From: a virus
Lineage: Duplodnaviria > Heunggongvirae > Uroviricota > Caudoviricetes
IMG/VR virus record: IMGVR_UViG_2526164646_000006
DNA: 23,456 nucleotides
Reading direction: 5' to 3' (one strand)
The notes under the pieces are model-generated. The model saw nothing but the letters and a program-made list of their open reading frames with translations. It did not search any database and was not told the origin of the DNA. A program made the translations under genes and the position numbers. Shown here piece after piece: positions 19,468 to 23,456 of this stretch; position 1 is the first letter of the stretch, and the number at the start of each line of letters is the position of its first letter.

Positions 19468-19607
19468 TAGCGATAATTTTACTCATCATCCTTCACATCT
19501 GGCTCTGTAGACAGGGTGGTGATCACTTCTGGAGTGAATCCAGATTAAACATCTCATTGCTGATGCTTGATATTGAGCATCTGGCGCGCGGTAAGGGGCT
19601 GCGTTGA
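19464..19607 (+). CDS. small hydrophobic ORF (47 aa) overlapping the Rz stop
   Basis: [14 protein letters not shown]... begins at ATGA overlap with Rz. Confidence 0.25.
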   Translation: MIAIILLIILHIWLCRQGGDHFWSESRLNISLLMLDIEHLARGKGLR

Positions 19608-19848
19608 GATAAGAGCCAGTTCATTACAAAGCCTATCTACTGGTGGGCTTGATAATGAAACCGGAATTTATTCTGGGCAACCAGTTACGGCAGTACCGCG
19701 AAACAACCCAAGCCAGTAAGTGGGGAAATAACACTGGCAGCCACTGAAAGATGAACCTCCAGCCTTATGGCAAAAAAGATTCTTTGTGGTGGCGGACTGA
19801 TGGAAAGACATCCGCTGAATCGATGATAAACAAGTGGAAGAGGTTGCG

Positions 19849-20022
19849 ATGGTTTCCGTGAACAAAGATCCGAAGGAAGGCGTTGAATACATCACTGGTG
19901 CTGATGGTGTGAAAAGACCAATGGCTTATTACAAAGCGGCTGAAGAGAGGGCAAGAATAGAAAATCCCCCTAAATGCGGATCATTTTTCGACATGCTGAA
20001 TCTTCAACAATGGAAGTTGTGA
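19849..20022 (+). CDS. small hypothetical protein (57 aa)
   Basis: ATG at 19849 with AAGAGG-like RBS. Confidence 0.3.
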   Translation: MVSVNKDPKEGVEYITGADGVKRPMAYYKAAEERARIENPPKCGSFFDMLNLQQWKL

Positions 20023-20161
20023 ACAATTAACAGGTCGCTCAGGTGGCCTTTTTTATTGCCATCACAAAAGCCATTCCCTACAGAGTGGCTTTGATAATGG
20101 CTTATACCCTACACGGGATAACTTAACTGATATCCCTTTTAACGGATAAACGGAGCCAACA

Positions 20162-20404
20162 ATGGCAGAGATTATTCCCATGACTGAAGAACAGAAATTC
20201 CAGTTAGAGATTTACAAACTGGTCATGAACCAGAACGCAGCCGCGGAGGAAGCATTTCAATTCATTGGCACTGACGAACTGAAGCTTGAGCTATTCAAAA
20301 TTCACTTCCAGTCAGGCGGCGCGAATTCAGATATCACGATCCGCACATTCGAAGCGGTGCGTAAATCGAAGGAAGCGTTAGACCTGTTCACTACCGGAGC
20401 ATAA
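20162..20404 (+). CDS. hypothetical protein (80 aa)
   Basis: ATG with GGAG RBS 7 nt upstream. Confidence 0.5.
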   Translation: MAEIIPMTEEQKFQLEIYKLVMNQNAAAEEAFQFIGTDELKLELFKIHFQSGGANSDITIRTFEAVRKSKEALDLFTTGA

Positions 20405-20483
20405 ACATGGCAACTCAAGGTTTCGACAACCCATCCAAATTCCGCGATGAATGGGATAAGCAAGCAGAAGGGAAATAATCAAT

Positions 20484-20972
20484 ATGGCAGCACCAAAGGG
20501 CAACCGATTTTGGGAGGCCCGCAGTAGTCATGGGCGAAATCCTAAATTCGAATCGCCTGAGGCGCTGTGGGCTGCTTGTTGTGAATACTTCGAGTGGGTG
20601 GAAGCTAACCCGCTATGGGAGATGAAGGCGTTCTCGTATCAGGGTGAAGTGATACAAGAGCCTATCGCCAAGATGCGAGCGATGACCATTACCGGCCTCA
20701 CTCTGTTCATTGATGTGACGCTTGAAACATGGCGCACATATCGCCTGCGAGAAGATTTATCTGAAGTCGTTACGCGAGCAGAGCAGGTCATCTACGATCA
20801 GAAATTCTCTGGCGCAGCCGCTGACCTTCTCAACGCTAACATCATCGCCCGTGATTTGGGCCTCAAAGAGCAGTCGCAAGTTGAAGACGTGACACCTGAT
20901 AAGGGAGATCGCGATAAGCGACGCTCTCGTATCAAGGAGCTATTCAACCGTGGAACTGGACGCGATTCTTGA
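20484..20972 (+). CDS. terminase small subunit, P22 gp3-like
   Basis: 162 aa, the same length as P22 gp3 as recalled; immediately upstream of and overlapping the large terminase. Confidence 0.8.
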   Translation: MAAPKGNRFWEARSSHGRNPKFESPEALWAACCEYFEWVEANPLWEMKAFSYQGEVIQEPIAKMRAMTITGLTLFIDVTLETWRTYRLREDLSEVVTRAEQVIYDQKFSGAAADLLNANIIARDLGLKEQSQVEDVTPDKGDRDKRRSRIKELFNRGTGRDS

Positions 20973-22449
20973 TAACCTGAGCGATGAAGAGCAAATCGAA
21001 TTGCTCGAGCTACTCGAAGAAGAAGAGAACTACCGGAACACACACCTGCTATATGAATTTACGCCATACAGCAAACAGCGTGAGTTCATCGACGCCGGGC
21101 ATGACTATCCAGAGCGATGTTTTATGGCTGGTAACCAGCTTGGTAAGTCATTTACTGGTGCTGCTGAAGTCGCGTTTCACCTTACCGGGCGTTATCCGGG
21201 AACAAAAGGCTATCCGGCAGATGGTAAATATGGCGGGGAGTGGAAAGGTAAGCGTTTCTATGAGCCTGTTGTCTTCTGGATTGGTGGCGAGACAAACGAG
21301 ACTGTAACTAAAACGACTCAACGCATCCTGTGCGGTCGTATCGAAGAGAATGACGAGCCAGGCTACGGTTCCATACCGAAAGAGGACATCATTAGCTGGA
21401 AGAAGTCTCCTTTCTTTCCGAACCTTGTTGATCATCTTCTGGTTAAGCATCACACGGCTGATGGCGTTGAAGATGGCATTTCAATCTGCTACTTCAAGCC
21501 ATACTCGCAAGGCCGCGCTCGCTGGCAGGGTGACACAATCCACGGCGTGTGGTTTGACGAAGAGCCACCATACAGCATTTATGGCGAAGGTCTTACCCGT
21601 ACCAACAAATACGGGCAATTCTCAATTCTGACGTTTACCCCGCTGATGGGGATGTCTGACGTTGTTACCAAGTTCCTGAAGAATCCAAGCAAGTCGCAGA
21701 AAGTGGTCAACATGACCATCTACGACGCTGAGCACTACACAGACGAACAGAAAGAGCAAATCATCGCATCTTATCCTGAGCATGAGAGAGAGGCGCGTGC
21801 TCGCGGTATTCCTACGATGGGTAGTGGTCGAATCTTCCAGATACCGGAAGAGACGATTAAGTGTCAGCCGTTCGAGTGTCCTGATCACTTCTACGTAATT
21901 GGCGGTATGGATTTCGGATGGGATCACCCACAGGCGCAGGTTCAGCTTTGGTGGGATAAGGAGGCAGACACAATCTACGTTTCACGCGTGTGGAAGGCGA
22001 AAGAAAAGACAGCCGTTCAGGCGTGGGGAGCCGTTAAATCATGGGCGCATAAAGTGCCAACCGCATGGCCTCATGATGGAAACCAGCACGAGAAGGGCGG
22101 CGGTGAGCAGCTCAAAGGGCAGTATGCAGATGCTGGATTTATGATGTTGCAGGAGCATGCGACATGGCCTGATGGCGGTAACGCTGTTGAGCCAGGCATC
22201 ACTGAATTGCGCGACATGATGCTCGATGGTCGCTTCAAAGTATTCAATACCTGTGAGCCATTCTTTGAGGAGTTCCGCCTCTATCACCGTGATGAAAACG
22301 GGAAGATCGTCAAGCTTAACGACGACGTGCTATCCGCCGTTCGCTATGCATACATGATGCGCCGCTTCGCAAAAATGATGCGCGACATCAAAAAACCAAA
22401 AGAGAAAAAGATACCAGCCCCAATCAGGCCCATCGCACGGAGAACTTAA
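20950..22449 (+). CDS. terminase large subunit, P22 gp2-like
   Basis: 499 aa, the same length as P22 gp2 as recalled; ATPase and nuclease regions in translation. Confidence 0.9.
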   Translation: MELDAILDNLSDEEQIELLELLEEEENYRNTHLLYEFTPYSKQREFIDAGHDYPERCFMAGNQLGKSFTGAAEVAFHLTGRYPGTKGYPADGKYGGEWKGKRFYEPVVFWIGGETNETVTKTTQRILCGRIEENDEPGYGSIPKEDIISWKKSPFFPNLVDHLLVKHHTADGVEDGISICYFKPYSQGRARWQGDTIHGVWFDEEPPYSIYGEGLTRTNKYGQFSILTFTPLMGMSDVVTKFLKNPSKSQKVVNMTIYDAEHYTDEQKEQIIASYPEHEREARARGIPTMGSGRIFQIPEETIKCQPFECPDHFYVIGGMDFGWDHPQAQVQLWWDKEADTIYVSRVWKAKEKTAVQAWGAVKSWAHKVPTAWPHDGNQHEKGGGEQLKGQYADAGFMMLQEHATWPDGGNAVEPGITELRDMMLDGRFKVFNTCEPFFEEFRLYHRDENGKIVKLNDDVLSAVRYAYMMRRFAKMMRDIKKPKEKKIPAPIRPIARRT

Positions 22450-23456
22450 ATGGCCGACGAAAACAGACTCAATTCCATTCTGTGTAAGTTTGACGCAGAC
22501 TGGATGGCGAGCGATGAAGCCAGAACCGAGGCGACAAATGACCTGTATTTTAGCCGAGTGTCGCAATGGGATGACTGGCTATCAAACTACACTACCCTGC
22601 AATATCGCGGACAATTCGATGTTGTTCGCCCGGTGGTCAGGAAACTGGTCGCAGAGATGCGCCGGAACCCTATCGACGTTCTCTTCCGACCCAAAGACGG
22701 TGCTAATCCTGATGCAGCCGATGTGTTGATGGGGATGTATCGTACTGATATGCGCCATAATACGGCAAAAATTGCCGTTAACGTTGGCGTTCGTGAGCAG
22801 ATAGAGTCCGGCGTTGGTGCATGGCGTCTGGTCACGCAGTACGAAGACAACGATCCAACAAGCAACAATCAGGTAATCCGACGCCTGCCAATTCATGAAG
22901 CCTGCTCACACGTCATATGGGACGCCAACAGCAAGCAGATGGATAAGAGCGACGCTAAGCACTGCACGGTGATTAACGCCTTGTCGCGCAATGGCTGGAA
23001 AGAGTTCGCAGAGGATTACGGTATTGATCCGGACACCTTGCCATCTTTCCAGAATCCGAACGATACATGGCTGTTTCCGTGGGTATCGAATGATGTCGTC
23101 TACGTCGCTGAGTATTACGAGGTCGAAGAGAAGAAAGAGAAAGTCTTCATCTACCGCGACCCGCTGACAGGTGAGCCAGTCAGCTATTACCAGCAGGATA
23201 TCAAAGACGTCATCGACGACCTGGCTAATCGTGGATTCATTAAGGCAGCAGAGCGTAAGGTGAAGCGTCGGCGTGTGTATAAGTCGATCATCACCTGCAC
23301 GCAGATACTGAAAGACCGCGAGAAGATAGCCGGAGAGCATATTCCAATCGTTCCAGTGTATGGCGAATGGTCATTCGCTGGTGACAAGGAGTGCTACGAA
23401 GGAGTGGTAAGGCTGACGAAAGACGGTCAACGCCTTCGTAACATGATCATGTCGTT
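22450..23456 (+). CDS. portal protein, P22 gp1-like, partial (runs off window end)
   Basis: Translation from ATG at 22450 ([18 protein letters not shown]...[17 protein letters not shown]) matches P22 portal N-terminal region as recalled. Confidence 0.9.
   Translation, partial: MADENRLNSILCKFDADWMASDEARTEATNDLYFSRVSQWDDWLSNYTTLQYRGQFDVVRPVVRKLVAEMRRNPIDVLFRPKDGANPDAADVLMGMYRTDMRHNTAKIAVNVGVREQIESGVGAWRLVTQYEDNDPTSNNQVIRRLPIHEACSHVIWDANSKQMDKSDAKHCTVINALSRNGWKEFAEDYGIDPDTLPSFQNPNDTWLFPWVSNDVVYVAEYYEVEEKKEKVFIYRDPLTGEPVSYYQQDIKDVIDDLANRGFIKAAERKVKRRRVYKSIITCTQILKDREKIAGEHIPIVPVYGEWSFAGDKECYEGVVRLTKDGQRLRNMIMS

Noticed and set aside
19668-19895. 75-aa minus-strand ORF considered as a bor-like lipoprotein
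   Set aside because: No signal peptide or lipobox and an implausible Ser/Thr/Cys-rich composition; overlaps plus-strand ORFs.
22582-23340. Minus-strand ORFs of 93-144 aa
   Set aside because: Antisense to the portal gene, whose plus-strand translation is well supported.

Overview
The window is about 23 kb of a mosaic lambdoid prophage, most likely from an Escherichia/Shigella-type host, running from the early-left (pL) operon through immunity, replication, the nin region, Q, lysis and into packaging genes. All homology calls are from reading the six-frame translations and recalling known proteins and sites; no database search was run. Layout: (1) minus-strand pL operon 617-7285 with N, Ral, CIII/Kil-like peptides, a charged coiled-coil protein, a Rad52-family annealase + SSB + DEDDh exonuclease recombination module, and a Lar-like gene; (2) phage-434-type immunity region 7723-9665 (nutL, OL, cI, OR, cro, nutR, cII) with an unassigned secreted-protein gene fused to the end of cI; (3) replication module 9839-13913 with an O-like initiator and a T7-gp4-like primase-helicase that is broken by an IS911 insertion plus a separate frameshift; (4) nin region, Q, pR', and lambda-type S/R/Rz/Rz1 lysis cassette 14673-19467; (5) P22-like small terminase, large terminase and partial portal 20484-23456. 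A partial IS2 occupies 1-619 and truncates the leftmost phage gene. Two IS insertions and several frameshifts suggest a defective prophage, although assembly indel error is not excluded. No rRNA, tRNA or CRISPR array was seen. The best candidates for an undescribed accessory function are the secreted protein coupled to cI (7915-8319), the three small genes after the helicase terminator (13990-14695), the AT-rich membrane ORF in the nin region (15977-16369) and the small-ORF cluster between Rz and the terminase; none can be assigned a function from sequence alone.
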